Positions 34,544 through 43,579 of a DNA stretch of 64,000 nucleotides are shown piece by piece; position 1 is the first letter of the stretch; each line of letters starts with the position of its first letter. The notes beneath the pieces are model-generated. The model was not told the DNA's origin. It saw only the letters and a list, made by a program, of their open reading frames with translations, and searched no databases. The stretch is from a virus. Its lineage: Duplodnaviria > Heunggongvirae > Uroviricota > Caudoviricetes. Where the stretch lies: positions 29,996 to 93,995 of the IMG/VR virus record IMGVR_UViG_3300031576_000015. One strand, written 5' to 3'. The position numbers and the translations under genes are program-made.

Positions 34544-34825
34544 TTACGCAGTTGGTGCGTCACTCCGGCGGGAGGCTTTCTCACGCCTCCGGTGGCACGC
34601 CTCGCAGAGAACCACACACTTGTCTATCTCTGCTTGCAGCCTCTTCGAACCTACAAAATGCCGCTCGTGGGACGCGTTCCCGATAGTAAAGGACTTCTCC
34701 GTCCGGTCCAGGTGATGGAAGGTCAGGTTCGTCGTAGCCCCGCAGTCCTTACAGAAGACCCGGTTCTCGACAATCTGTGCCATCGCCTGGCGTTCCTTGA
34801 GACGGTTACGAGCCGCACCCTTCAT
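34544..34825 (-). CDS. HNH endonuclease
   Basis: 'CKDCG..FHHLD..N..CEACHRR'; start moved to M13 (34825) because the listed N-terminus overlaps tRNA-Gln. Confidence 0.7.
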   Translation of the reverse strand: MKGAARNRLKERQAMAQIVENRVFCKDCGATTNLTFHHLDRTEKSFTIGNASHERHFVGSKRLQAEIDKCVVLCEACHRRREKASRRSDAPTA

Positions 34826-34832
34826 ATCAGTT

Positions 34833-34906
34833 GGTTGGGGAGGAAGGAGTCGAACCCTCATTCACAGGTTCAAAGCCTGTTGTCCTGCCGTTAAACGACT
34901 CCCCAA
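34833..34906 (-). tRNA. tRNA-Gln (anticodon TTG)
   Basis: Anticodon stem ACAGG/CCTGT, loop CTTTGAA; perfect acceptor; CCA encoded. Confidence 0.75.
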
Positions 34907-34907
34907 T

Positions 34908-34980
34908 GGCTGCGAGACAAGGATTCGAACCTCGGCTTCAGGGTTCAGAGCCCTGCGTCCTACCACTAGACGATCCCGCA
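34908..34980 (-). tRNA. tRNA-Gln (anticodon CTG)
   Basis: Anticodon stem CAGGG/CCCTG, loop CTCTGAA; CCA encoded. Confidence 0.75.
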
Positions 34981-35015
34981 ATGACGGGAAGAGCGCAACT
35001 CCCCCATCTACTCCT

Positions 35016-35043
35016 ATTATACCACACTTTTGGCGTTTGTCAA
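35016..35043 (-). promoter_or_regulatory. near-consensus sigma70 promoter TTGACA-N16-TATAAT with extended TG
   Basis: -35 at 35043-35038; -10 at 35021-35016, overlapping the def stop codon; preceded by a CCCCGAAAGGG hairpin. Confidence 0.7.
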
Positions 35044-35496
35044 GTCCCTTTCGGGGTCCGTGATCAGGATCCCGTCTAGATGGTCCACCTCGTGCTGGAG
35101 GACCCTCGCCAGGAGCCCCTGAGCCCTAATGCGGACTCCCTTGCCCCGCCTGTTCTTGCCCTCCGCCGTCAGGCAGTAGGCTCGAGCTACGGGCACCGCC
35201 ACATCCGGGATGGACAGGCAGCTTTCCACAGCTACCTCAGTCCCGGAGGCCATCCGCAGCACAGGGTCTACCAGAACGTGTGTTTGTCCCTCTAGCTCGA
35301 CTACCAGAATGCGCTTGCTGACCCCAACTTGGGGGGCGGCCAAACCAAGCCCGCCAACCTCCTGTAGAGTGGCGATCATATCTTCGATCAGGTCATAGTC
35401 CTCTGTGCCCAGCCGGCCGACCGCCTTGGCCTTCCGGCGGAGCACCGCCTCCCCTGGCCAACCTACAGTAACTATCGTTCTAGTACCTACCCGCAT
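35017..35496 (-). CDS. def: peptide deformylase
   Basis: 159-aa ORF with the three PDF motifs 'GLGLAAPQ', 'ESCLS', 'HEVDHL'; GGAG RBS. Confidence 0.85.
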   Translation of the reverse strand: MRVGTRTIVTVGWPGEAVLRRKAKAVGRLGTEDYDLIEDMIATLQEVGGLGLAAPQVGVSKRILVVELEGQTHVLVDPVLRMASGTEVAVESCLSIPDVAVPVARAYCLTAEGKNRRGKGVRIRAQGLLARVLQHEVDHLDGILITDPERDLTNAKSVV

Positions 35497-35636
35497 ATTT
35501 TGACTCCAGCCATTTTATAAGGGTCTCCAAAGTATACACCGTATTATTCCTCTGGTACTCGTTTAGGTGCAGGGTCCACGTCGCCGCCCGGGGGCGCTTG
35601 ATCCATGGCGTGGACGAGGCGGGCATCGCCGTCGTG

Positions 35637-35942
35637 TTAGTCAGTCTTCGCCGCAGTGCCATCACCGTCCCCTATCTGGGCAGCCCGTAAGAGCAACTGC
35701 CTGACCCTGAATGCACGTAGGGCCTCCCTGGCCACAGGTGTCTGCTCTAGCGCTCGATGGACATGTTCTAAAACCTCCACAGCCTCAATGCCGGAATCTG
35801 TGTAGGCTTCTTTGGCAACGATCGTCTGGGCCTTCTCCAGAGCCTCACGCAGGATCACCAGTTCGGCCGTCAGCCGGGCTATAGTCGTATTCTTGCTCTG
35901 CCTAACGGCGTCTAGCCGCTGGGCCGGTGTTCGCTTTGCCAC
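35637..35942 (-). CDS. hypothetical coiled-coil protein
   Basis: 101-aa ORF, first gene downstream of promoter 36355-36382. Confidence 0.4.
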   Translation of the reverse strand: MAKRTPAQRLDAVRQSKNTTIARLTAELVILREALEKAQTIVAKEAYTDSGIEAVEVLEHVHRALEQTPVAREALRAFRVRQLLLRAAQIGDGDGTAAKTD

Positions 35943-36354
35943 GTTTCCTCATCCTCCTAGGTTGTTTCTTGCGTCTCTTTGGTTCGTGAACAAGATTATG
36001 GAACATGTTACCACTCTCGAGTAAAAGTGTCAACGTGCTCAATTCCGTAATGATTGTATCCTGATTCCACTCCTCCACCCTCACATGATAGACTAGTGTG
36101 GGTGATATGGATGACGACATCCGGCCCGGTGGTAAGTTCAGTGGCGTAATAGTAAGGGTTAGTTCCATCTTTACCTTTCACCGACAATCCACCTCGAATG
36201 CCTGGATGCATAGAAACGGGCCGAATGTAAGAATTCAAGGTACTGAACTACCTCTGCCAGAGTGCGTTTGCTTGCCTACCCTAGCCCCGGCAAAGCCTCC
36301 GGCTAGGGCCTTCCTGATACGTGCTCGAAAGGGTACCATTCTGCCCTCAATCTC

Positions 36355-36382
36355 ATTATATCATAGGCTTTTCATTTGTCAA
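36355..36382 (-). promoter_or_regulatory. consensus sigma70 promoter TTGACA-N16-TATAAT
   Basis: -35 at 36382-36377 and -10 at 36360-36355 on the minus strand, in the divergent intergenic hub. Confidence 0.7.
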
Positions 36383-36394
36383 GCCCTAAATTGA

Positions 36395-36420
36395 GGGCTC
36401 TCCGATTTCGGGCTCTCCGA
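36395..36420. repeat. direct repeat GGGCTCTCCGA x2 (iteron- or operator-like)
   Basis: Two 11-nt copies 4 nt apart, immediately upstream of the -35. Confidence 0.5.
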
Positions 36421-36710
36421 GCCCTACCCTAAAGGTCCCAAACCCTATTAAAACCTGGCCAAAAGCCCTCCCGAAAGGGTCGGGAATGGCCCTCGATGGG
36501 TATGGCTAGGGTACAGACACATAGCAACCCGTTCTTGTATTTAGTCCCGTTCGAATCATTGCCGGTACCACTAGAAATTGACCCTAAAGTGATCTATCTT
36601 GGCGCCAAAGTGATACCCTAAGTACCTAAATTTGGTTGTTTGGGACTCCAGTACCCTTCCCGGGGTGGCCCGGGGTGTCATATAGGGGGGTAGTATGGCC
36701 TCGATGGCCT

Positions 36711-36758
36711 GGGGTAGTGGGTAGGGTGGGATATGCAAGAATGGTGGGTGGGAGGGTG
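36711..36758 (+). repeat. G-quadruplex-forming G-run cluster
   Basis: GGGGTAGTGGGTAGGGTGGGATATGCAAGAATGGTGGGTGGGAGGGTG; eight G3+ tracts. Confidence 0.5.
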
Positions 36759-36912
36759 CGTATACCACTAGGGGTCGTGGTCGCGTCAAGCCCATACTAC
36801 CAGGGGTGGTAGTCCGTAGGGTGTCGCCGGGGTGTTTCTGCGGAAATGCAGGCGGGCCGGGTACACACCGCCACGCGCGTAGTGCCTCTTACCTAGAACT
36901 GCACTACCAAGA

Positions 36913-36962
36913 TATAGCCCCCTACCCCCCCAGGTTCAGGGTCGTGAAAAGAGGGTGAAGGG
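36913..36962 (+). repeat. conserved ~50-nt upstream element, copy 1 (...CCCCC..GGGTCGTGAAAAGAGGGTGAAGG)
   Basis: About 80% identical to the 37339-37387 copy; each lies 40-60 nt upstream of a plus-strand gene start. Confidence 0.55.
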
Positions 36963-37000
36963 TTGGGGAACGTACCTGGCCCTTCGTGGAGGATAGTTCG

Positions 37001-37249
37001 ATGGCGAAGGACTACGAGAAGGCGCAGGTGGTCGCGTTCGTGCAGTTGCGGGCTGTCGAGTTACGTGCGTTGGCAACGGCGGAGCCGGGGACGGCGACGG
37101 CCGTGCAGGCGGAGTTGGCCCGACGCAAGCGCAACCGGGACAAGCGGCTTGCCGCATGGCAGGCGCGTCAGCCGGTCAAGGCACCACAGCCGGCGACGGT
37201 GGACCTAGACGCCCTGGTGCAAGCCGTACGGAAGGCACTAGGACGCTAG
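37001..37249 (+). CDS. hypothetical protein
   Basis: ATG at 37001 with GGAGG RBS (the listed ORF starts at 36986). Confidence 0.4.
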   Translation: MAKDYEKAQVVAFVQLRAVELRALATAEPGTATAVQAELARRKRNRDKRLAAWQARQPVKAPQPATVDLDALVQAVRKALGR

Positions 37250-37338
37250 GCCCGTAGGGCCGGGCAGGGAACGGGAAACCTGCCCGGCTTCACGTCTTTC
37301 ACGCGCGTAGTACTTCGGATCTAGTTCTAGGTAACTAG

Positions 37339-37387
37339 ATACAGCCCCCATCCCCCAAGCCGGGGGTTCGTGAAAAGGGGTGAAGGT
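37339..37387 (+). repeat. conserved ~50-nt upstream element, copy 2
   Basis: ATACAGCCCCCATCCCCC...GTTCGTGAAAAGGGGTGAAGG; preceded by inverted repeat ATCTAGTT/AACTAGAT. Confidence 0.55.
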
Positions 37388-37446
37388 CGGCGGTATTGGC
37401 CCTACTGTCCGGGGCTAGCATCTGTGGCCGGAGGGAGGTGAATCAC

Positions 37447-37767
37447 ATGGCGACGAAGAATCTGCCGGCGTTCTCCAGCGGTGCTGTCGTGAACGCCTAC
37501 CAGGGCGAAGGGAGCATCACCCTGCGATTCCCGAAGGGTGCCTACCCCATCGTGCGGGGGGCGTTGAACGCGCTAGGGTATGCCCTGCCGGAGCAGCCCA
37601 CGACAGACCGCAAGTCGGCGGCCGCGTGGCTGATGGCCGATGGGAGCCAATCCTTCGCGGCACCCCAGCCTGCGGTCGTGGGCAGGCAGGGCCGGAAGGC
37701 GAAGGTCAGCAACGAGCAGGTGCTCGCGGCTGTCACGCAGGCCATTCGGGAGAAGTTGGGCCTGTGA
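37447..37767 (+). CDS. hypothetical protein
   Basis: ATG at 37447 with GGAGGGAGG RBS. Confidence 0.4.
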   Translation: MATKNLPAFSSGAVVNAYQGEGSITLRFPKGAYPIVRGALNALGYALPEQPTTDRKSAAAWLMADGSQSFAAPQPAVVGRQGRKAKVSNEQVLAAVTQAIREKLGL

Positions 37768-37832
37768 CCAACACAGGCGGGGGTGGTGCGACCTATGTAG
37801 GTGCCGCCCCCGCTTGACTTGGGGGCAGAACA

Positions 37833-38159
37833 ATGGGTATCGGCGCTCTACTGCTATGTTGGGATTGTAAGCGGCCGGACGTGTTCCCCTGCTCGGAAGA
37901 GGATTGGATTCACATGGGCCGTAGATACGGAACCCATGTCTGCCGTCACTGTGGTGCCAGGGGCGACCGTACCGACTTTTCCGCCAGGTTTTGGTTCGTA
38001 GGTGTGGACCTGCACGGGACCGCCTTCGTAATTCCCCGTGAGCCGACCCGTGGGGACGGGTATCGCTTCGGTCTTGGCCCATTCGAGTATGAGGACGCAG
38101 AACAACGGGCCTACCTATGGAACACAACGGAGGTAACCCATGAGCCAGGAGGAATCTAG
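37833..38159 (+). CDS. Cys-rich zinc-binding hypothetical protein
   Basis: 108-aa ORF with CxxC ... CxxC. Confidence 0.4.
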   Translation: MGIGALLLCWDCKRPDVFPCSEEDWIHMGRRYGTHVCRHCGARGDRTDFSARFWFVGVDLHGTAFVIPREPTRGDGYRFGLGPFEYEDAEQRAYLWNTTEVTHEPGGI

Positions 38160-38523
38160 CCTTGCACGCCACATCCAGAGGTCGCAGGAGGCACAGGCAA
38201 TGTTCCGGTCTATAAATGGGCCTGCGGCCGAGTTCCTACTCACGGTCCCAGGCTACGCTCTTGGTAGGTGCCGCGTCGAATCCGAAGGGCTTGTGGATTA
38301 CCTCCACGTCGTTGGAATCCCTGCGGAACTCATCTTACTGTCGCATGGCATGGGCAATTGGATCAATCACTACGCCGTGCGCGTAGGCTACTACATCATC
38401 GACCTGACGACAGCACAGTTCCCCTGCTACGAAGAACTCGGCGATAGGCCGGTGGTATTCCCATACACCGACCTTGCCCGGTGGAACTACGCTGAAGTAA
38501 GGCCGGTAGTGAACAAGCCATGA
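38140..38523 (+). CDS. hypothetical protein
   Basis: 127-aa ORF. Confidence 0.4.
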   Translation: MSQEESSLARHIQRSQEAQAMFRSINGPAAEFLLTVPGYALGRCRVESEGLVDYLHVVGIPAELILLSHGMGNWINHYAVRVGYYIIDLTTAQFPCYEELGDRPVVFPYTDLARWNYAEVRPVVNKP

Positions 38524-38969
38524 GGCGTATTGGCATCGTTGGCAACGGGCAGGACAAGTTCACCCCACCCCAGGTGCAGATCGTAGGTGCCCTGATACGG
38601 CAACTCTTGCGGGGTATCCCTGGGGCTGTCGTGATTTCTGGACACTCCCCTGTGGGTGGGGTGGACATTTGGGCAGAAGAGGCAGCCAACGAACTTGGTC
38701 TGCCTGTTGACATCAAAACCCCGCGCCAGCACTCATGGCATGGAGAATACGGCTACCGCGCCCGAAACCTGGACATCGCCAGGGATTCTGACGAAGTTCA
38801 CGTCATCGTTGCACAATCGTACCCGCCCGGTTACAATGGACGTAAGTTCAAGGTCTGCTACCACTGTCAGAACCACGCCCAGCCGCCCCATGTGAAGTCG
38901 GGTGCCTGCTGGACGGCTTGGCAAGCGGCAAAGATGGGCAAGGCCGTGTTCTGGCACATCATTCCATAG
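38520..38969 (+). CDS. SLOG/DprA-like Rossmann-fold protein with C-terminal Zn-ribbon
   Basis: 'IGIVGNG...VVISGHSPVGGVDIWAEEAA' resembles the DprA/SLOG core; 'CYHCQNH...C'. Confidence 0.35.
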   Translation: MRRIGIVGNGQDKFTPPQVQIVGALIRQLLRGIPGAVVISGHSPVGGVDIWAEEAANELGLPVDIKTPRQHSWHGEYGYRARNLDIARDSDEVHVIVAQSYPPGYNGRKFKVCYHCQNHAQPPHVKSGACWTAWQAAKMGKAVFWHIIP

Positions 38970-38986
38970 GGGAAGGAGCGAGTCAC

Positions 38987-39352
38987 ATGGAAAGCACCAA
39001 GTTCACGGATAAAGAGCGGCGTCAAGTAAACTCCGCCGCCAACGGAATTGAAGATGCCATCATGGAGGTCATCAAGGAAGCCCTGCCCGACTTGAACCTG
39101 GTAGGCGGGCAGGTCATGTATGCTATTGGTCTAGCCTTGTCGCACAGTCTCCTGCGGGCGGCAGACGAGTATGTGTCCGACGACATGAGGGTCGAGTGGG
39201 TTGGGATCGTCTGCGAACTGGCAATCGAGATCGTTCGCACTATGTCCAAGTCAGGCGGACCGCTTCACCGACGCCGGAATCTGGGAAGGTTGCCACACGG
39301 CCCAGACGACGAAGATGACGGCGAAGGCGAAGACGACGACACCACACACTAG
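38987..39352 (+). CDS. hypothetical acidic protein
   Basis: ATG at 38987 with GGAAGGAG RBS; Asp/Glu-rich C-terminus. Confidence 0.4.
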   Translation: MESTKFTDKERRQVNSAANGIEDAIMEVIKEALPDLNLVGGQVMYAIGLALSHSLLRAADEYVSDDMRVEWVGIVCELAIEIVRTMSKSGGPLHRRRNLGRLPHGPDDEDDGEGEDDDTTH

Positions 39353-39364
39353 GAGTGATGCAAG

Positions 39365-39559
39365 ATGCCCAAATTGTTCGGTTTAGTCACACACCTTATG
39401 CGGTGGGCATCGTGGCGACCACCCCGTATCGGTAGTGTGCTGGATGCGTATGTCTCACACCGCATGGTCTGCCCAGCACACGGAGAGTACGAAGGTGCCG
39501 ATTGCCCCATGTGCGACTTTGAAGTGGAGTATTTCGAGCAGACAGGGAAGTGGCCGTGA
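39365..39559 (+). CDS. small zinc-finger protein
   Basis: 64-aa ORF with CPxHG...CPMC. Confidence 0.35.
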   Translation: MPKLFGLVTHLMRWASWRPPRIGSVLDAYVSHRMVCPAHGEYEGADCPMCDFEVEYFEQTGKWP

Positions 39560-39609
39560 CCTTCTGCCCAGCAAGTCTACTTTGCAGTGAGAAGAGGAGG
39601 AGATAAGCC

Positions 39610-39933
39610 GTGGCGAGAACAGAGGCTAGACAGGTGGCAGAGATGATTGACATTGTGAAGAAGGACGCACGGGGGAGAGGGGCTTTGATTGACGATAAAG
39701 GTCAGCCGTGCGCGCTCGGGGCCTTGTTCCAGGCTGCTGGGGAGCAGCGCCTGGGGGTGCCCGGTGTTCGCCCGAAGTTGTTTAGGTTGTTTCGGCGGTT
39801 CCCCGTCCTGCGCTACGGCTGCCGTGTGAGGGAGGTGTGGGTGACGAACGACACCTACATTGACGTAAGGTCCCGGCGGAAGGCCCTGATCGCTCTGTTC
39901 AAGTCGTGGCTCCCCGTAGGGCGATGGACTTGA
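39610..39933 (+). CDS. hypothetical protein
   Basis: 107-aa ORF. Confidence 0.35.
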   Translation: MARTEARQVAEMIDIVKKDARGRGALIDDKGQPCALGALFQAAGEQRLGVPGVRPKLFRLFRRFPVLRYGCRVREVWVTNDTYIDVRSRRKALIALFKSWLPVGRWT

Positions 39934-40274
39934 ACTGTTCTCTTGAGCAAGTAGTACTGTCCGACGACGAGATGGCTAGAGAGCGAACCTATGCCGTAGA
40001 CCAGGAGACAAGTGGGTGGACATCGTTTGGGCTGTCGTTGGTGCAGTTGCTCTGTTGTACCTCTATACATTCCTCACAGAAAGGAAGGAGCCATGAGCAA
40101 GTGTTGGTAGCGGCTATCGAGTCCTTCGGCAAGGAAGATGGACGACCAGCCAGATGAACCGCGCCCGGCTTTGGATTGCTTTCGGGATCACCCGTTTGGC
40201 CCATTGGCTCTGCGACCTCATCGCAGGCACGGCCGCAAGCCTAGCGGAGTTCATCGCACCAGGAGGGCAGGAAA

Positions 40275-40634
40275 ATGAACCATAGGCCGCTTGATGTGCT
40301 CGACCTGTTTCTCCTACCTGTAGCATGGCTGATGCTGAACTTGAGCCTTATATGCATCAGGGCGTCCCGCCTCTTCCTGAAGGTGGCGAACGTCGTGGAC
40401 AGTGCTGCTCTACGGGTGGCACGGACCACTAGGGAGGAAGCGGAAAGAGGTTCAGCAGACACAGCCTCCCTACTTGCCATCGCCGGGCTTCTTACCCTGA
40501 TTGGAGCCTGGAAGTTGTTCAATACCCTTACTGTGCCACCATCCGTCCTCTTCGGCCTTGCGGTAATCACTTTAGTGGTACTCGGTGCCACGTTGGCCTT
40601 GATGGCATGGACAAGGATGCTAGACGATGGCTAA
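40275..40634 (+). CDS. integral membrane protein
   Basis: 119-aa ORF with three or more hydrophobic helices. Confidence 0.4.
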   Translation: MNHRPLDVLDLFLLPVAWLMLNLSLICIRASRLFLKVANVVDSAALRVARTTREEAERGSADTASLLAIAGLLTLIGAWKLFNTLTVPPSVLFGLAVITLVVLGATLALMAWTRMLDDG

Positions 40635-41469
40635 ACTCGAAGGCGCACAACTTGCCGAACAGTACCACGGTGAACCTCTGCCCTATCCGCATCTGCTCGA
40701 ACCGAAACTCGACGGGCTGCGCGGGATTGCCCTCATCAGCGATGATGAGATACGGTTTGTCAGCCGGAACGGCAAACCGTATCACAACACAGAGGCAGTA
40801 GCCAACAACATCCGTGACCTGGGCCTAACAGGAGAATGGGTGCTGGACGGGGAACTATTTGTGGATGACTGGAACACCACAGCCCACACCGTCCGGTCAG
40901 AGAAGCGCGTCATCGAATACGACAGGCTCATGTTCATCATCTTCGACATCATGGAGAGGGAGGATTGGGACGCCGGGCGAAGCAAGTCCACGCTCCAACA
41001 GAGGTGGGACGCCCTGGTATACCTCATCGGGACTGATGAGTTCTCAAACATCAGACTCTCCCCGCACCGCATGGTGTCCACGCCAGAGGAAGTCTACGTC
41101 GCCGCCCGTGAGTTTGTTGCCCGGGGGTACGAAGGGGCCATGCTGAAGGACCCAAGGGCTATCTATCAGCGGCGTAGGTGGTCGGCGTGGCGCAAGGTAA
41201 AGTTCGCGAACGACTACGACGTTGTGGTCGTGGGCGTCCAGCCGGGCGAAGGCCGGCACAAGGGCAGGCTCGGTGCCATCGTATTCGAGCATAACGGGAT
41301 TCGCTCGGAGGTGGGCACGGGCCTGACTGACACCCAACGTGACGAACTGTGGACGTTGTATCAGCAGGGTGGGCTGGTAGGCAAGACCATCGAGATAACA
41401 TCACAGGAGATTACAGGCGGCGGCCACCATCGCTTCCCGGTCTTTGTGCGATTGAGGGAGGATAAGTAG
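40627..41469 (+). CDS. ATP-dependent DNA ligase (minimal type)
   Basis: 280-aa ORF with adenylation motif I 'EPKLDGLR' (KxDG) and a downstream nucleotidyltransferase core. Confidence 0.7.
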   Translation: MAKLEGAQLAEQYHGEPLPYPHLLEPKLDGLRGIALISDDEIRFVSRNGKPYHNTEAVANNIRDLGLTGEWVLDGELFVDDWNTTAHTVRSEKRVIEYDRLMFIIFDIMEREDWDAGRSKSTLQQRWDALVYLIGTDEFSNIRLSPHRMVSTPEEVYVAAREFVARGYEGAMLKDPRAIYQRRRWSAWRKVKFANDYDVVVVGVQPGEGRHKGRLGAIVFEHNGIRSEVGTGLTDTQRDELWTLYQQGGLVGKTIEITSQEITGGGHHRFPVFVRLREDK

Positions 41470-41647
41470 TGTCATCCTGTAGTGTCATCTTGAGGAGGAG
41501 GAAGTAATGCTGGACGTTGACAGGGGGAGCGGTTGGGACGCCACCCAGCCCGACGTAGCGGAGCCGAGGGGTGATGAGGCTACGGCGCCGGCAGGCTATA
41601 GCCGGCCCCCACTGTGAACGTGTCATCCTGGGGAGGAGGTGATGACT

Positions 41648-41785
41648 AATGGGCCGGTACTTGGGCATCGAACTCGTCTTTGCGTTCATCCTGGCGGGGC
41701 TGGTAATCTACCTGTTCTACGTCCGACTCCGGCGTGTCAAGCGGTACGACCCTGACGACGGCGTGAACCACACCGACAAACCCTA
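41648..41785 (+). CDS. small membrane protein (45 aa), possible NfeD-like partner of the SPFH protein
   Basis: GGAGGAGG RBS; 'LGIELVFAFILAGLVIYLFYV'; under 60 aa so absent from the ORF track. Confidence 0.4.
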
Positions 41786-41813
41786 AACGGGCTATCCAAA
41801 GAGGAGGTAACAC

Positions 41814-42842
41814 ATGGCATCACTTGCAAAGTTCGTGCTCGTCTTGATTGCCCTGGGCGTAGGTGCGCTACTAACCCTGCGCCTTCGCGCTGTCAAGGAT
41901 TCCCGCACTGGACAGACCGAGAGTGTGCTCGGCTACAGCATCGGCGGAGCCGTCGTTTCGATGTTCCTGCTCATCGGCGCCTTCGCTCTTACGCCCGCTT
42001 TCGGGTACATCCCCGTCGGCCACCGTGGGCTGGTCGTTGGCCCAAGCGGCGTCGTCATGATTGACACCAACAGCGACGGCAGGACTGACACAGGTAAGGT
42101 ACTTGGGGAGGGGTTCTACTTCGTGACTCCGTTCCTCTACAACGTCGAAGTTCTATCTGTCAGGACGGAAGCATTTACTGCGGAGGCAGAGGCCGCATCC
42201 AGTGATTTGCAGGATGTGAAGGCCACAGTCACCATCAACTACCGTATCGAGCCGAACAATGTCTGGCGCATCTATCAGCAACTCGGCACCGACTGGCAGG
42301 CCAAGGTGTTCACCCCTGCCGTGCAGGAGGCTGTAAAAGCCAGCACGGCCCAGTTCAACGCCGAAGACCTCATTCAGCAGCGACCCAAAGTAGCGTCTGC
42401 CATCCGGTCGGTGCTGGAACACCGTGGGCAACTCTTCGGATTCGAGATTCAGGCCGTGTCCATCGTGAACTTCAACTTCGGTGCGGAGTTCAATAAGGCT
42501 GTCGAAGCGAAGGCCAGGGCCACCCAGGAAGCCCAGACCGCCGAGCGTAACGTGCAGCGAGTAAGGGCGGAGCAGCAGCAGAAGATCCTGGAGTACCAAG
42601 CCGATGCCACCCGGCGACAACTGGAACTTGAAGCCCAGGCCGCAGGGCAGAAGGCGCAGTTGCAAAGCATCACACCGATGCTGATTCAACTACGGTACGC
42701 TGACGCTGCCCTTGAGATGTCCAAGCGGTGGGATGGCAAGACCCCACTCTGGATGACCGGCACCGGCGGGCTATCTACGCTGTTACAGGTGGCACCGCCA
42801 ACGGAACGGCCACCGGGCGCGCCTGCAGGCGTTGGCCGGTAA
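41814..42842 (+). CDS. SPFH/band-7 (prohibitin/HflK-like) membrane protein
   Basis: 342-aa ORF with N-terminal TM helix, SPFH core, and a Gln/Ala-rich coiled-coil C-terminus; AGGAGG RBS. Confidence 0.7.
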   Translation: MASLAKFVLVLIALGVGALLTLRLRAVKDSRTGQTESVLGYSIGGAVVSMFLLIGAFALTPAFGYIPVGHRGLVVGPSGVVMIDTNSDGRTDTGKVLGEGFYFVTPFLYNVEVLSVRTEAFTAEAEAASSDLQDVKATVTINYRIEPNNVWRIYQQLGTDWQAKVFTPAVQEAVKASTAQFNAEDLIQQRPKVASAIRSVLEHRGQLFGFEIQAVSIVNFNFGAEFNKAVEAKARATQEAQTAERNVQRVRAEQQQKILEYQADATRRQLELEAQAAGQKAQLQSITPMLIQLRYADAALEMSKRWDGKTPLWMTGTGGLSTLLQVAPPTERPPGAPAGVGR

Positions 42843-43058
42843 GAAAGTCGTGCGTCCCTAGAGGCGCACGGGTGCAGAGCCTACTTTAGCGGCTCGTGGC
42901 GGCCATAAAACCGTCGGTTGCAGCCGGTTGGGACCCAAGGGGTAGGCTGGCCGGGAGCGGGAGGAGCGACCCGGCACCAAAGAGGGGGGCAGGCCACGTC
43001 CAGACCGTTTCTTCTTGCCAGTGTAGGACGGGACCCCAAAGGGAGGGAGCAGGGAGCC

Positions 43059-43154
43059 ATGAAAGAAGTGAATGAACTGGTCATCGTGTTTTGGGTTGTC
43101 ATCATTGCCGTCATTCTGCTGCCGTTCTGGCCGACAAGGAAGAGGGAGCCATGA
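43059..43154 (+). CDS. small membrane peptide (31 aa)
   Basis: GGAG RBS; 'LVIVFWVVIIAVILLPFW'; ATGA overlap with the next gene. Confidence 0.35.
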   Translation: MKEVNELVIVFWVVIIAVILLPFWPTRKREP

Positions 43155-43579
43155 ACGACGACACTCACCCCATTTTGAAACTCTACCAGTGGCTGGAGCA
43201 ATACAACCGGGAAGAGGAGGAATGTAATAAAAAGGCACGACAAGCCATGACCTTCTATCTGCCCGTACTCCGAGCAATGGGCGTAAGCCGAGTCCTAGTC
43301 TACTTCGATGGAAGTGGGGACAGCGGATCTATCGACCGCCTGGAGATTCGTAGTTCAGCCACAGCGGAGGGTGTCATCAGCGCACTTGCCCGATGGGAAA
43401 TACCTAGCCACATCACCGAAGCCTTGGGCGAAGCGGCATACACCGTACTACCAGGCGGGTGGGAAATCAACGAAGGTTCATCAGGGTACGTTGAACTTGA
43501 CGTAAGAACCGGGGAAATGAGCGTCCACATCCAATGGAATCCACCGGACACTGATGAGGGGGAGGGTGAGGACGAATGA
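43151..43579 (+). CDS. hypothetical acidic protein
   Basis: ATG at 43151 translationally coupled to the upstream peptide (the listed ORF starts at 43091). Confidence 0.4.
   Translation: MNDDTHPILKLYQWLEQYNREEEECNKKARQAMTFYLPVLRAMGVSRVLVYFDGSGDSGSIDRLEIRSSATAEGVISALARWEIPSHITEALGEAAYTVLPGGWEINEGSSGYVELDVRTGEMSVHIQWNPPDTDEGEGEDE

Noticed and set aside
35480-35665. 61-aa ORF overlapping the def start
   Set aside because: It overlaps the well-supported def N-terminus and its RBS, and has no RBS of its own.
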